Shown in pieces: positions 39,655-52,650 of a DNA stretch of 64,000 bases (position 1 is the stretch's first letter; each line of letters opens with the position of its first letter). Source of the stretch: Macrostomum lignano (lineage: Eukaryota); contig NIVC01001483.1 of the NCBI GenBank assembly GCA_002269645.1, forward strand, positions 1-64,000, given 5' to 3'. Position numbers and translations under genes: made by a program. The notes beneath the pieces were generated by a model. It did no database searches. It was given only the letters and a program-made list of their open reading frames with translations, and was not told where the DNA came from.

Positions 39655-40720
39655 CGTTGTCAGATTAGGGCGCCGAAAATTAGGTGTATTGGGGCGCCAA
39701 TCCATTGAGTGTCAGATATGGCGCCAATTATCTAAATGTGTCAGATATGGCGCCGATCATTTCAATGTGTCAGACAGGGCGCGGATTATCTCAATGTGTC
39801 AGATAGGGCGCCGATCATTTCAATGTGTCAGACAGGGCGCCGATTATCTCAATGTGTCAGATAGGGCGCCGATTATCTCAATGTGTCAGATAGGGCGCCG
39901 ATGATCTCAATGTGTCAGATATGGCGCCGATCATTTCAATGTGTCAGACAGGGCGCCGATTATCTCAATGTGTCAGATATGGCGCCGATCATTTCAATGT
40001 GTCAGACAGGGCGCCGATTATCTCAATGTGTCAGATAGGGCGCCGATTATCTCAATGTGTCAGATAGGGCGCCGAGTATCTCAATGTGTCAGATATGGCG
40101 CCGATTATCTCAATGAGTCAGATATGGCGCCGAGTATCTCAATGTGTCAGCTAGGGGCGCCGAGTATCTCAATGTGTCAGATAAGGTCGCCGATTATCTC
40201 AATGTGTCAAGACAGGGCGCCGAGTATCTCAATGTGTCAAGACAGGGCGCCGAGTATCTCAATGTGTCAGATAGGGCGCCGAGTATCTCAATGTGTCAGC
40301 TAGGGGCGCCGAGTATCTCAATGTGTCAGATATGGCGCCGATTATCTGAATGTGTCAGATAAGGGCGCCGATTATCTCAATGTGTCAGACAGGGCGCCGA
40401 GTATCTCAATGTGTCAGCTAGGGGCGCCGAGTATCTCAATGTGTCAGATAAGGGCGCCGATTATCTCAATGTGTCAAGACAGGGCGCCGAGTATCTCAAT
40501 GTGTCAGATAGGGCGCCGAGTATCTCAATGTGTCAGCTAGGGGCGCCGAGTATCTCAATGTGTCAGATATGGCGCCGATTATCTGAATGTGTCAGATAAG
40601 GGCGCCGATTATCTCAATGTGTCAGACAGGGCGCCGAGTATCTCAATGTGTCGGATATGACGTTGATTAATTGGGGAGTCAGATATGGCGCCAACCAATT
40701 AGGGCAGATAGGGGCGCCAA
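39655..40720. repeat. 29-31 bp minisatellite ATCTCAATGTGTCAGATAGGGCGCCGATT, ~35 units
   Basis: Directly visible; starts about 60 nt after the RhoGAP stop codon. Confidence 0.95.
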
Positions 40721-40781
40721 AAAAGCCATTAAATCCAAGACTAGAGATCGATTCATCAGTAAAACAAAACACACACACGGA

Positions 40782-43700
40782 TCACTGCAGGATCTGAATA
40801 TAGTTGCTGGGGATTATCCCAGAGCGGCCGTTGATCATCCCGAAGCACCAGCCATCCACGCGGGCGATCCGCTGCACATCGTACACCAGCTCGTTGGCTT
40901 CGAACGACAGCTCGGCTGGCGAGTCACCGGTGCAGGCGTACAGGGTTCGGGCGCAACGCTTGGGGCCTTCCAAGTTCATGCCGAGCTGAGACACAAGGCC
41001 GCTGCTGTTGTTATTGCCAATGCTGTAGCCTAATAGATTTGTTCCTTGCCCCGAGCCTTTCTTTGAACCTTTCCTTGCTTCCATAGGAGAAGCCAGAGGA
41101 GGAGCAGCGGCAGTAGATGAAGCAGAAAAAGAAGACCGATTGGAAGCGTCAATTGGAGAGGCGCATAGAAACCGGTCGGGATGCTGCATCAGAGCCAAGA
41201 CCAGATACCGGCCAGTAATCGCGCAGGCCTGCATGCTCTGCAGGTTGACCTGTTGAGGCCAGCACAGCGTGGGAGCGAACACGATGGCCACATTAGCCGG
41301 TGTCATTTTGTTCACCTCCGACCGGTCGGTCAACCGGCCGAAATGCGACATCAGCGACTGGAGTAGGCGGCGGTTTTGCTGCGGCAGGCTGGAGTCCATC
41401 TCGCTGCGTAGTTGATCGATGGTATCGGGCGATTCCACCAGGGCGGAGGCCTCGGCCCCAGTCGCTGACAGCAACTGCAGGAGGCGCTCAACCACTGCGT
41501 AAGTCATGAGGGGCTCCGGTAGCTGCTTCAGGTAGCGCTTCACACTGCTGCTCAGGACCCGGACATCCACCTGGTCGAGCTGGGTTGGTGGGTGGGGAAA
41601 TGAGGATGAGGCTTAAGAGAGCTGAGAAGCTGACAGCAGTTGGGAAAATCTCGAATCTTAATCCCAAAACCTAGATCTAGAATCGCATTTCCCAAACACA
41701 GAATCCAAGATCCCAAATCTCGAATAACTATTTTCAAGTTACACGATGTGAGCGTAAAAATTCGTTTTGTAAGTCTGTTTTGTTCACATTTTTCTTCTTA
41801 GTGAACAAAATCAAATTAGACATGATTTACACCACTGCATGTCGAGAGCACATCTGAGACAACTTTGGTAGAAAATTCCTTTTATTTTTTATTGTGCGTC
41901 ACCAGAGTAAGATAATTAAGATGAATGCACACTAATGTCAGTCTTTAAGGATTTCTTTTAATAAATATTATTCACATGGACATTTAGTTGGCACTGTGAC
42001 CTGTGACTATTTTTACCAGATATTTTTCTGCATGCAGCTTGGTAAAAACATAAGTTTAACAAAGCCAAAAAAGTTTTAGTAGCGATTTGATTTCCTATTG
42101 TTTTTTCATATTGTTTTGTTTTGCAATTTAGTGTGCGATTGGAAAAGGATTCCCAAGTTGGAAACCATTCTGATCAAGTGACGTTTTCTACCATCAACAC
42201 CAACGAAAGCTTGTTGTCTAAATGGTCAGTGCATGAGGCTGGTAGTCTGAAATTTCAAGACAAGTTCCTATCAGGAAGTGTTTTTATCATCCGTTTATTT
42301 TGGTACATCAAAGCTGGAAAGTTCCAACAAATTTATTCAACCCTCAAGTGTAATTTGCGAAGTTCGTGAAGATTTATAGCCGGCAGGAAATTCTGGCTAT
42401 AGCTCTTGCGACTACTGTACAAGCCCAGGCTTCTACACCATCAGGTCGCGAAAACAGTAGCTTTTTTTTCCTGAAGTTCAAGTCGTATAAACCAAAAGCA
42501 CAACCAAGAATTCGGCTGTCCACATTAGAGGAGCTTTCCCTCGACATGACGCGTAGTTTTTCATGCATGTGATCTACAGAGGCTGTGGACTAGAACTGCT
42601 TATGCACTTGTTGTGTGGAAATAAGTACCTTTATATTGGAAGCGCCAGTCAGCGGGAGATCACTTGTTCGTTCCGCAGAATTGGCAGGCACACCGTTCGA
42701 CTTCCAGTGGAAACCCAATTAAATGTATTTAACACCTTAGGTAGTGGAAGGCCACCGAACTGCGGCAGTTTTGCCTTTACCTAATACCTTTAATGCTCAT
42801 TCGATTTTGTTCCCATACCAAGCCAAAATTGACCTATTGCTATGCTTCCATCTTATCTCCATTTTGCTTTACTGTGAGAATGTCATTGAACAGTATATGA
42901 CAGCATTTTACAGTATCTCGGAGATGCCGATTTTTTATTGATCTTGTCGGCTCTTCGTGCATAGTCTCCAGCATCTTATTCAAGATTATATTGTGTACGA
43001 AAGTGTGGAAAATTTCTCCGCTTTTCAGTTTATAAGAAATTTAATCGTTTCATGAAACGCTCAGTGCGATCTGAAAACCGCCCATTGCAACAATTGGCTG
43101 ACAGAACGGAGGAAACAGGACCCTGTATGGGCCAGCACTACCACGTGACGGTCAACCCTAGTAATAAGCAAGGAGTTTTGCGCGGCACTTTTCCAAACAT
43201 GCTCTTCTTTCAAGAGGATTAGAAAAGAACAAACAAATTTTCTCCGAACTGAAGCACTGCAATGTCTTCTTGAGTTGGCTTGAATTGCGGGAGGAAGATG
43301 GCATGCGAGTTAGTGAGCATCTTGTGTCAGACTATATCTGGAGTTGAGGAAACTCGAGTTATTTTATAGTCAGCCAATTTGCTCGTCAGAGTAGGTAGGT
43401 ATCTACAAGCTCAGACATCTCTATGTCGCTCTTCAAAGTGTGCCAGGTGGACGAGGTTTTGTCAAACTGATGGTTTGAACACCCTAGAAGTACAGAAGCA
43501 GGAGCCGACATTTGCTATGCTGTGACCCCCCCTCTACACCATATTCGTAACATAACAAGGTAAGGCTACGAGGACTCGTATCATAGACATAGTTGGCAAG
43601 ATTTTAGAAATTGTCACTTTTATTATGCTGCTTTATATAGCTAAAGTCATTTTGCTACTGTACTCGTAATATCTAAATTCCACGTATTCGCTAATGAAAT

Positions 43701-46700
43701 TACCTTAGTTTTAGGTCAATAATTTTTTATGTGTTTCAGTCGTTTTTCTCTTGTTCAATTCGGGATCGAGGGCGGCACTGTTATAATTTCCTGGAAGTGA
43801 CTAGAGCATCAATGGACAACAACTTCACGCATCCGGTACCCACCAGAACACCAAAATCGGATCACTGTGCTTTAAGCATAGAAAACCAGATGAGAAAAAA
43901 TGTTTAATGGCGGCCAGCCTCGGTATCGGATAGCGAGACGCAGGTGCTCAAAGAAAACGCCAACCTCCAAGTCGACTGCACCTGGAGAGCATCGATGCTG
44001 AACAGCAAAATAAACCAGCCAAGAAGACGTCCAGTAAATTTAAGACGCCTCTTGGCGCTTCGCTGTCACAGTTTTTAACATCGACGCCTAACAGAGCCGA
44101 CGGTAGCAGCAGTGCGAAGATCTCAGGCGCCCTTTGGAGCCCGTTCTTTCACCATGGCACTGCCTGGACAAACAAGTGTCCATCGCGGTCGACAAGACGT
44201 CTTCATCTGGACCGACGGATCTACTCGCCCGGACGGTACCGCGTCAGGAATGGGAGCCATCATTACCTCGGACCCCTTAGGGCTTTGAGACGAGGTCTGC
44301 GTACCGGCCGGCCTCTGGAATAGCAGCACCAACGCTGAACTCATCGCTATCGAGGCGAGGCGGCCCTTACCCGCCTGGCCGAGATCCTCCTTGATGGCGG
44401 TAGTCCAACTGTTACCGTTAGGCTTTGCCCGGATTCCCGCGCCGGCCTCCAGACGATATTGCGCGGTCCGACTGTCGCGGCGGAAGACGTCACTCAACGT
44501 GTCTGGGCCATTATTGCTGCTCTGCCGAGCGACCGTAATATTCATTTGCAATTGGTGCCAGGCCATGCAAACCTCCCCGGAAACGAAGCGGCCGATGAGA
44601 TGGCTGGGAAAGCAACCGAGGCTCAGCAGCAGCCGACCATTGTAACCCCAGCCGCCGCTAAGACAGCTATCAACCACGTTCTACAAGGCTGGCGCAAAAA
44701 GCGAGACTGCATGCACCCATTTCCGAGTCCCACACCTGGCCATGAGGATCTGCCGAGATGGGGCCAGGTTACGATCAGCCAGCTGAGGACCCGCAAATCA
44801 CCGCTAAAGCGCGACACGCTCCACCGGTTCGGCCTCACCCCGACGACCGCTGCACTACCTGCGGGGAGCCGGACTCGGTCGAACACCTTCTACTGACCTG
44901 CCCAGGCCACCACCAGGCTCGCATCCGCACCTGGGGTGGAATCGTCATCAACTGGGACACCGTGCTTGGAGGCGAGGGCAGCCTCGTCTGTGACTACCTG
45001 CGAAGGGTGGGCAGCCAGGAACCGCCTATCGACGTCCCAGGCGGCAGAGCGGCAACAGAGTCTCGATCTCGGATCCAGGAAGATCAAGTCGGAGGCGACA
45101 GGAATGCTTCGGCAACAGAGTCTCGATCTCGGATCCAGGAAGATCAAGTCGGAGGCGACAGGAATGCTTCGGCAACAGAGTCTCGATCTCGGATCCAGGA
45201 AGATCAAGTCGGAGGCGACAGGAATGCTTCGGCAACAGAGTCTCGATCTCGGATCCAGGAAGATCAAGTCGGAGCGACAGGAATGCTTCGGCAACAGAGT
45301 CTCGATCTCGGATCCAGGAAGATCAAGTCGGAGGCGACAGGAATGCTTCGGCAACAGAGTCTCGATCTCGGATCCAGGAAGATCAAGTCGGAGGCGACAG
45401 GAATGCTTCGGCAACAGAGTCTCGATCTCGGATCCAGGAAGATCAAGTCGGAGCGACAGGAATGCTTCGGCAACAGAGTCTCGATCTCGGATCCAGGAAG
45501 ATCAAGTCGGAGCGACAGGAATGCTTCGGCAACAGAGTCTCGATCTCGGATCCAGGAAGATCAAGTCGGAGCGACAGGAATGCTTCATCAACAGAGTCTC
45601 TACATCGATTCGACAGGAGCTATAACATAGGCGGCGCATTCGCAGTCCTCCAGTGCGGAGTCTAATGCACATAAACTTAAAACTGTATGCCCAGTGCTAT
45701 TTAAATCGAGTGTTTTTTGGATTCATTTGGTTAATCCACTGGTGTATTAGTTTATCCATTAGTCTGGACGATTAGCAAGCAAGGGAAGTCAGAAGTCTGA
45801 CGTGCCCAACCTTACGCCTTACTTGCCGCTGCGCTCACACAAGGATACACTTCAATCGAGAAGACACCTGGAGAAAATATTGCACTCCAGAGTGAATTGG
45901 AAAGTATTCCCATCAAATGATTCTGGATAGAACTCTGGTCAAGCTCAAGCTGCTCGTTCTGGGCCTCCTATTGCATCACCGGGCAGACAAATGACAAACA
46001 TCGTTTTCAACTGGTTTTCAGACGTTTTGAAGACCAGCAGGCTGCTCAAGGGCAAGATAAGGACTAAGAAGAGCGTTGCAGGATTCATCGGTGATCGACG
46101 TAATGACGCACTTCAAGCCTGAAGACGAAGTGCAGAGGGCGATCGGATTTGAGACGTAACGTCGACTGGACGTCCAATTAGAACTTTCATGTAGTCCAGC
46201 GGACGTCCGATTCCTATACGGGCCGGATCCTGAATCTCAAATCCTTGATCCCAACTCTCGAATCCCAGATCCCAACTCTCGAATCCCAGATCCCAACTCT
46301 CGAATCCCAGATCCCAACTCTCGAATCCCAGATCCCAACTCTAGAATCCCAGATCCCAACTCTCGAATCCCAGATCTCAACTCTCGAATCCCAGATCCCA
46401 ACTCCCGAATCCCAGATCCCAACTCTCGAATCCCAGATCTCAACTCTCGAATCCCAGATCCCAACTCCCGAATCCCAGATCCCAACTCTCGAATCCCAGA
46501 TCTCAACTCTCGAATCCCAGATCCCAACTCCCGAATCCTAGATCCCAACTCTCGAATCCCAGATCCCAACTCTCGAATCCCCTTTCCTCACCGATTGCAC
46601 GGGCGCCATCCCATCCGGCCGGCCCATGATGAAGCCGCGCACAAACTCCTCCACCAGCTTGCTGCGGCCCTCCACCCGGTACAGGCCCTCCTCATCCAGG

Positions 46701-49032
46701 CAGCGTCTGTCCAGTTCGGCCAGACAGGCTTCGAATTGCTGGGCCTCGAACTCGGTGGGTCGCTGACGGCTTTCGTCGGCTTCGGAGGCCTCCTCGGCTG
46801 AAGCTGGCTCGCCGCGCAGAGACTGAGTCCAGCATTTGAACTCGCTGTTTGAGTACGCCTGCGTCAGATGGAAGGTGAGGTTATCAAAATCTGATTGCAA
46901 TACTTAAAACACCAAAATCGTTATTTCTGATTCCTAAGGCGCCAATTCCTAGACTTCAATCTCATATCCTGAAACATAAAATCCCAAATCCCGATCTCTA
47001 AGACTCCCCGATCCCAATTCCCAATCCTTAAAAATTCCAGATCCCAATCCCGAAAAATCCCAGATCCCAATCTTTAAGAATCCAGATTCCAATCCTAAAT
47101 AATCCGTGATTCTAGTCCTTCGATCCCAGATCCCAATTCTAAGAAATCCCATATCCCAATATTCCAAACCTTACAAAATCCCAGATCCCAATCCTGAAGA
47201 AATCACAGATTCCAATCCCGAAAAATCCTGATTTCAATCCTTAAAAAATCCCAAATCCCAATCCCCAGATCCCAACACTCGGCCGCGAGCCCCACCTGCA
47301 GCAGCAGAGTCCTAGTCGAGTCGTTAATCTCAACTTCAAACAGAAATCGCCGATCCACCTCGCTGTTGGGCGGCACTCCCACGGCAACCACCACGCCGCC
47401 AAGTCCCGAGTCGCTGGGCGAAGATGAAGAATCAGTGCGGCCGGGATTCGCAGGCGAGAATGGCTGCAGAGTTAGCAACCGTTTCTGCCGATTAAAAGTG
47501 CAAAAGCAACGCTGCCAATTGTTTGGCGCAACGCTGAGCTTCTTCTGTGACAGCAGCAACAGGTAGCCTTCCAGCGTCTCCTGATGGTTGCCACGGCGAC
47601 GCCAAGCGCCCATGTCCAGCAGTTTCTGTCGGTTCTCATCCAGCTCTTTCTCGGCAACTCCAATACCTTCATTATAGTTGGCAACCGACTCATTTGTGGC
47701 TTGCATGTTTTTCTCCCTCTCCACCAGGTTGTCGTTGCACTCCTGATAGAAGCACTTCCACACGCTCTGCAGGGTGGCCAGCACTTCAAAGAATCGAACT
47801 TTATTCTTGGCCTGCTCGCACTGCAAAGTCTTCACGTAGGCGTAGGTGCGGTTGAAATAGCAGATCCTCTCCGCCTCGGCGTCCTTGTCTATTGCTGACC
47901 AATTTCTGGGCTCCGAGTTTTTACCAGTCTGCTGCTTCAGACTGAGCATTCGCTCCTGGCCGTGGTAGAACTTCTTCGTTTCCTCGTAGTACACGCGGCG
48001 GGTTTCACTGAGGAATTCGCGAATCTTCATCCTCTGCTGGGTCAGTACCTGCGGAGGGGTTGACGGGGGCCTTGGTTTTAATAATGATTATTAGTTATTG
48101 TCAGATGCCATCTTTAGCAGCGCCAGTTCTGACACCCGATATTGGCGCCAACTCTGACATCCGATATTGGCGCCAAATCTGACACCCGGTATTGGCGCCA
48201 ACTTTGACACCCGGTATTGGCGCCAACTCTGACACCCAATATTGGCGCCAACTCTGACACCCAATATTGGCGCCATTTCTGACACCTGGTATTGGCGCCA
48301 ACTCTGACACCTGGTATTGGCGCCAACTCTGACACCCGGTATTGGCGCCAACTCTGACACCTTATTGGCCCAACTATGATAATTAATATTGGCGCCACTT
48401 CTGATAATTAATATTGGCACCAACTATGATAATTAATATTGGCGCCAACTCTGATAATTAATATTGGCGCCACCTCTGATAATGTAATTTGACGCCAACT
48501 CTAAAAATATTTTTGGCGCCAACTCTGACACTAAATATTAGCGCCAATTCTGACACTTATTATTAACGCTAATTCTATAAAACTAGTCTTATAGTTTAAC
48601 AGATAAGCAATAAGCTACAACACACCCATATAACAATCAAACAAAATCAATCACCTTAAGAAAGGACTCCTGAGAAATATCAAGCCAACGCATTCTTGCA
48701 TCCTCAATGTAGCGCAGATCCTTAGCAAATTGTGAAGCAAACTTGGCCATATCTCGCTCAGCTTTGCTTAGATTGGCGGATTGCGCCTGAGCTGATGAGC
48801 TGTCGGTCTGGAACTGCTGCTGCTGCTGCTCTGGGCCCAGCTTCTGAATAGACAGGGAGAATGCCACTAAAGCTTCATTATAAGCTCTACCAGTCTCCTG
48901 TACGCGTTTGAAACTGTCAATCACAGATTTCATTGTTTTGACTGATTCCTCAAGTTGGCGCTCCTGATCCAGCAGAGCATAGCGAAAGTCTGGGCTATCG
49001 ATAGCACAAGAGTTGTAGTCAATTGAGGGCAT
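40782..49032 (-). CDS. GRAF: GRAF/oligophrenin-family RhoGAP (BAR-PH-RhoGAP-SH3); exons 49032-48655, 48048-47296, 46858-46592, 41579-40782
   Basis: BAR start: MPSIDYNSCAIDSPDFRYAL. PH: TLEGYL..WQRCFCTF..LLLQ/AYSNSEFKCW. GAP: EEGLYRVEG, SSVKRYLKQLPEPL, NKMTPANVAIVFAPTL. SH3: ARTLYAC..ELSF..GWCFG..GIIPSNYI. All junctions are GT-AG, phase 0. Confidence 0.93.
44115..45057 (+). mobile_element. 5'-truncated RNase H-bearing LINE (I/ingi-like group) 3' fragment in RhoGAP intron 3
   Basis: RNase H motifs IWTDGS, ELIAI, CPDSRAGL and LVPGHANLPGNEAADEMA. C-terminal zinc knuckle RCTTCGEPDSVEHLLLTC. Frameshifted. Confidence 0.85.
45051..45600. repeat. 59-60 bp tandem repeat, 9 full units plus a partial unit
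   Basis: GGCAACAGAGTCTCGATCTCGGATCCAGGAAGATCAAGTCGGAG(G)CGACAGGAATGCTTC; units nearly identical. Confidence 0.97.
46232..46580. repeat. 21-bp minisatellite GAATCCCAGATCCCAACTCTC, ~16 units
   Basis: Directly visible; begins about 11 nt from the RhoGAP donor at 46591. Confidence 0.95.
46975..47275. repeat. Degenerate AATCCC/ATCCC-rich repeat filling RhoGAP intron 2
   Basis: Repeated ATCCCAGATCCCAAT-like motifs related to 46232-46580. Confidence 0.75.
48105..48560. repeat. 25-bp minisatellite TATTGGCGCCAACTCTGACACCCGG in RhoGAP intron 1
   Basis: Directly visible; degenerates towards 48560. Confidence 0.93.
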
Positions 49033-51853
49033 TGTGACCGTTGTTTTTTTTTAAACTGAAATTTGAGCAAAAGTTGCGTTACACATCAATCTACAATTGC
49101 TAGTAATATTTTAACATTTCAATTTAGCCATGGTTATTTTAGCCTAGTATATATTCTATAACTAAAATCCCCTAGGCATAAATAATTGCAGTATAAATGA
49201 TAGCTAAAACTATGAATTAGTCATTTACATTGTCATGATTTATGAAGTATAATCTGTACTTTAGCCTAGGCTTGGTAACATTAATTTACCCATTTAATAG
49301 AATTGCTTATTGTGTTAATAATATATAAAAAGTATATACAAAGCTTTGTTTCTTATATTTTAGACTATTATATAACATTAAATGCATTGTTAACATTAAA
49401 AGCAAAAGATAAAATTTACAAAGGATTATTGTACTAAGGATATTGTAAAGTTTTCTAGAATAATATTTACTTTATACATAATTTTGGTTAAATTGGTTTA
49501 AACTAAATTTATATTTGGTTCAACTATTAACAACTTTTGAGTTAAAAATTTTAGACAGCCTTAAGAATATGCAAGTGGCATAATAATAAGAAAGATGTCA
49601 GAGGTCATTGCAAAAACAAGCTATATGTAATTTACTCAAAAATTGTATTCCATTTTTGTTGGCTCCCCTATAGGGGGTGCCAATTACTAGTAATATACCA
49701 TATATTGGCTATAAAAGTTGCAGTTTGCACTTCAAACCTGGATGAACTAAGATCTGGGAGACCCTAAGTGTAGACTGAGAGCACATCAAGCTCATCTGTG
49801 GTCTGCTGCAAATGGATCCATAATGGATGGCTGAAGAAATAGCAGACCCTAGGAATATTCTTTTATCCAGCATCTACCAAATACTCACAGAGGACCTGGG
49901 GTTGCCAGAATCAATGCCTAAACAAGCTCTTCAATGAGATTGTCCAACTTCTAAAACACCTGAGTTTCCTAAATGCTAGGAATGAGCCATTGCATTTATT
50001 CAATCCTATTTGACTAACTGTGAAAAATAAACTATATCAAAATTTAAATTAGAACTAGACAACAAAAATTTTGATTTCCAATTTATTTGAACATAAATTT
50101 GCACTTAAGTGGTTTGATTCTATAGTCAGGAAGATGGCTGCCCTTTTTCAGAGAAAATTCCAATACAAAAGGGGGTTTGATATATGCCATGCCGGTGCAT
50201 TGTAGAGAGAAAATTTTAGTGCAGTACAGCGCAAGATAATATTTTCTTTGACTAAAAATAAGCATGTAATTTCTTTTTATTTGCATTTTTTGTTTATAAG
50301 TATATTGATGGTTTTTTAATTAACATACATTAAGATTGCTTTTTATATGAAACAGATTCAAATACCAAGTTTTACCAGTATTTTTCAAATGGAAAATATT
50401 GATTTTTGCATTTTATAAGTTGTAGTACACATCATAGGCAAACTTTTTTGATAGGATTTGTTCTGGTGCAGGTGTGCCATTAGACTCTAGAAGGTTACAT
50501 GTATGCTGGAATTTTCTGGCATACCATTGGAGAGTTTGGCTATTTTAGCATACCACTTTGAGCTTGAGAAAGTTTTGGCAAACTGCAACAATTTGTTTTT
50601 TAAACTAAATGCACATTTGCAATGACAATAAGAGTTTTTAAAAAGTGTATTTTTATATACAATATTAATAATATTTTTCTAAACAAAAACTTTAAAAAAT
50701 ATTTTATCTATTCAAAATTACTTGGTAATTACATTTTTTTGCTTTTGTAAGACATTATAGAAAAGATTAGATGTTTAAAAATATCTTTTTAGAAAATTTA
50801 AAATGTATTACTTTAATAGCATTTTTTAATCTTTTAATTGTTGCTTTATTGTTGTAATTGAAAAAAAAGTTATTTTATTGTTAAAACTGCAAGAAGGTGG
50901 TATACCATAACAAAAGAGGCATTTTTCCAGCATACCATGCCACATTATCTAAACACATGAAAAATATGATAATAGTCAAACAGGTTGAGGTTTGAAATTC
51001 ACTAACTACTGAATTTTTATTCTACTCAACTGCTTAACAAAACTTGACTTGAATACTCAGCTCAAACTCCCAAAGTTTAGTCAAGTACTTGACTTGATTT
51101 GACTTGGACTTGACTTGGTCAAGTACTTGACTTGACCAAAACCTGAGTTTGTCTAGGTACTATGCTCTAGTTGTACTAACTTATACTAAACTACAAGTTA
51201 GGCTAATATAGTAATATATAGTAATATCACTTGGCTAGGCCTACTAATAGTAATTAATACATGTGTTGATACACATATTATAATAATAAATGCATCCATA
51301 GCTATTGTATACCTAAATAAGCCTAGATACCAATGGTAGACCTTGATCCTGATTGGATCCCAACCAATTGCAAGTCCCAACTTTTATGAATTCATTCTTA
51401 CCCAATCCCACCTGACTAGATTTTCAATGTTGGTCACTTCATTATCAAATAACTTGCAAATGGTAATACAAGTTTACTTTTTCATAAAGCATTCCTTACG
51501 CAAGTTACTTTCCTATTTTGGTAACGGAGTAACAGTAAGTTATTAAGTTAACTTGAATTTTGGGAAGTCTGTTATAGTTACTTTGCAACAATTGCAATAT
51601 TTAAATTTAAAACTGATATGCTTAGCTATTATGCTAGTTGTCACATTTTTTAGCATTTGTCATTCCTAAATTCAAAACTAAGTGAATAGTATTATATGGT
51701 ATTATGCTATAATTAATGAAATGTGTTTTTATTTTGTTAATTTTGGTAAAATATTTTCACTTATCATTTTCAAGTCAATAAAAATATTTTGTTTAGTTCT
51801 TAGAAACAAACTACCAAAGGAAAAAATGTATCTATAGTCTCCACAAATCCATT

Positions 51854-52240
51854 CAGTAATGTAGCCAGGAATTTTAATTGGGGGGGGGAGCAGCTTGGCT
51901 TGGCTGGCTATGCCTCATGCCATTGCCACTTTTAGTGCCATAGGCACTCATTTTAGTGCCAAAAGCACTCATTTTGGCACAACAGGCACTTATTTTAGCA
52001 CCACAGGCACTCATTTAAGCGCTGCAAGCACTCATTTTGGCACTACAGGCACTTATTTTAGCACCACAAGCACTCATTTAAGTGCTGTAAGCACTCATTT
52101 TGGCACTACAAGCATTCATTTTAGTGCCATAGGCACTCATTTTAGTGCCATAGGCATTGCCTCATGGTTTTTGGTACCTACCATGCTCAACCCTACCCCC
52201 CCCCCCCAAGTGATTGGGGGGAGGCGCAGCTAGCTATGCG
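51854..52240. mobile_element. MITE-like element with poly-G/poly-C subterminal tracts and internal 11/33-bp GCACTCATTTT repeats
   Basis: Ends GTAGCCAGG..GGGGGGGGG / CCCCCCCCCC..GCTAGCTATGC; internal tandem array 51940-52150. Confidence 0.45.
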
Positions 52241-52464
52241 ATTAAGTCAACTGGCACTGCACTGTACAATATTTAATATTAATAATAATTGAAAATAAAA
52301 ATAAGACTAGTAAAGCAGATTGCAGAGTGCAGTAAAGCCAGGTAGCTATTACAAGCTATATGTTATAACTTATAATATTATTATTGTTATTAAAAATTAA
52401 AATTGTGTTTTGCTTTTTAAAGTTTCTGATGCTTCTCTTCTTTTTTATGGAAAAAGCCTAAAGT

Positions 52465-52650
52465 CATGGGCAGCGGGAGCTTGCGACACTAGGGGCATGT
52501 GCCCCCCCCCCCAGAAAATGAGTCCATGTGGTAATTTTTAGTGCTTTTTCTGATTTTAGGTCCTAATTAGCAGCTTATAAAGGTACCTGTGCCCCCCTCC
52601 TTGCCCTGTGCCTAGTGCCCCCCCTTAAATATTAGGCTCTGCCGCCCCTG
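52465..52650. mobile_element. hAT-type MITE (186 bp) with 8-bp TSD
   Basis: Imperfect TIRs CATGGGCAGCGGGAGC / GGCTCTGCCGCCCCTG. Exact 8-bp duplication CCTAAAGT at 52457-52464 and 52651-52658. Confidence 0.85.

Noticed and set aside
42130-42530. Possible decayed THAP domain on the minus strand (GCAFG..., AW..AI.R, GRKRHL)
   Set aside because: Requires several frameshifts, and no linked transposase or TIRs were recognised
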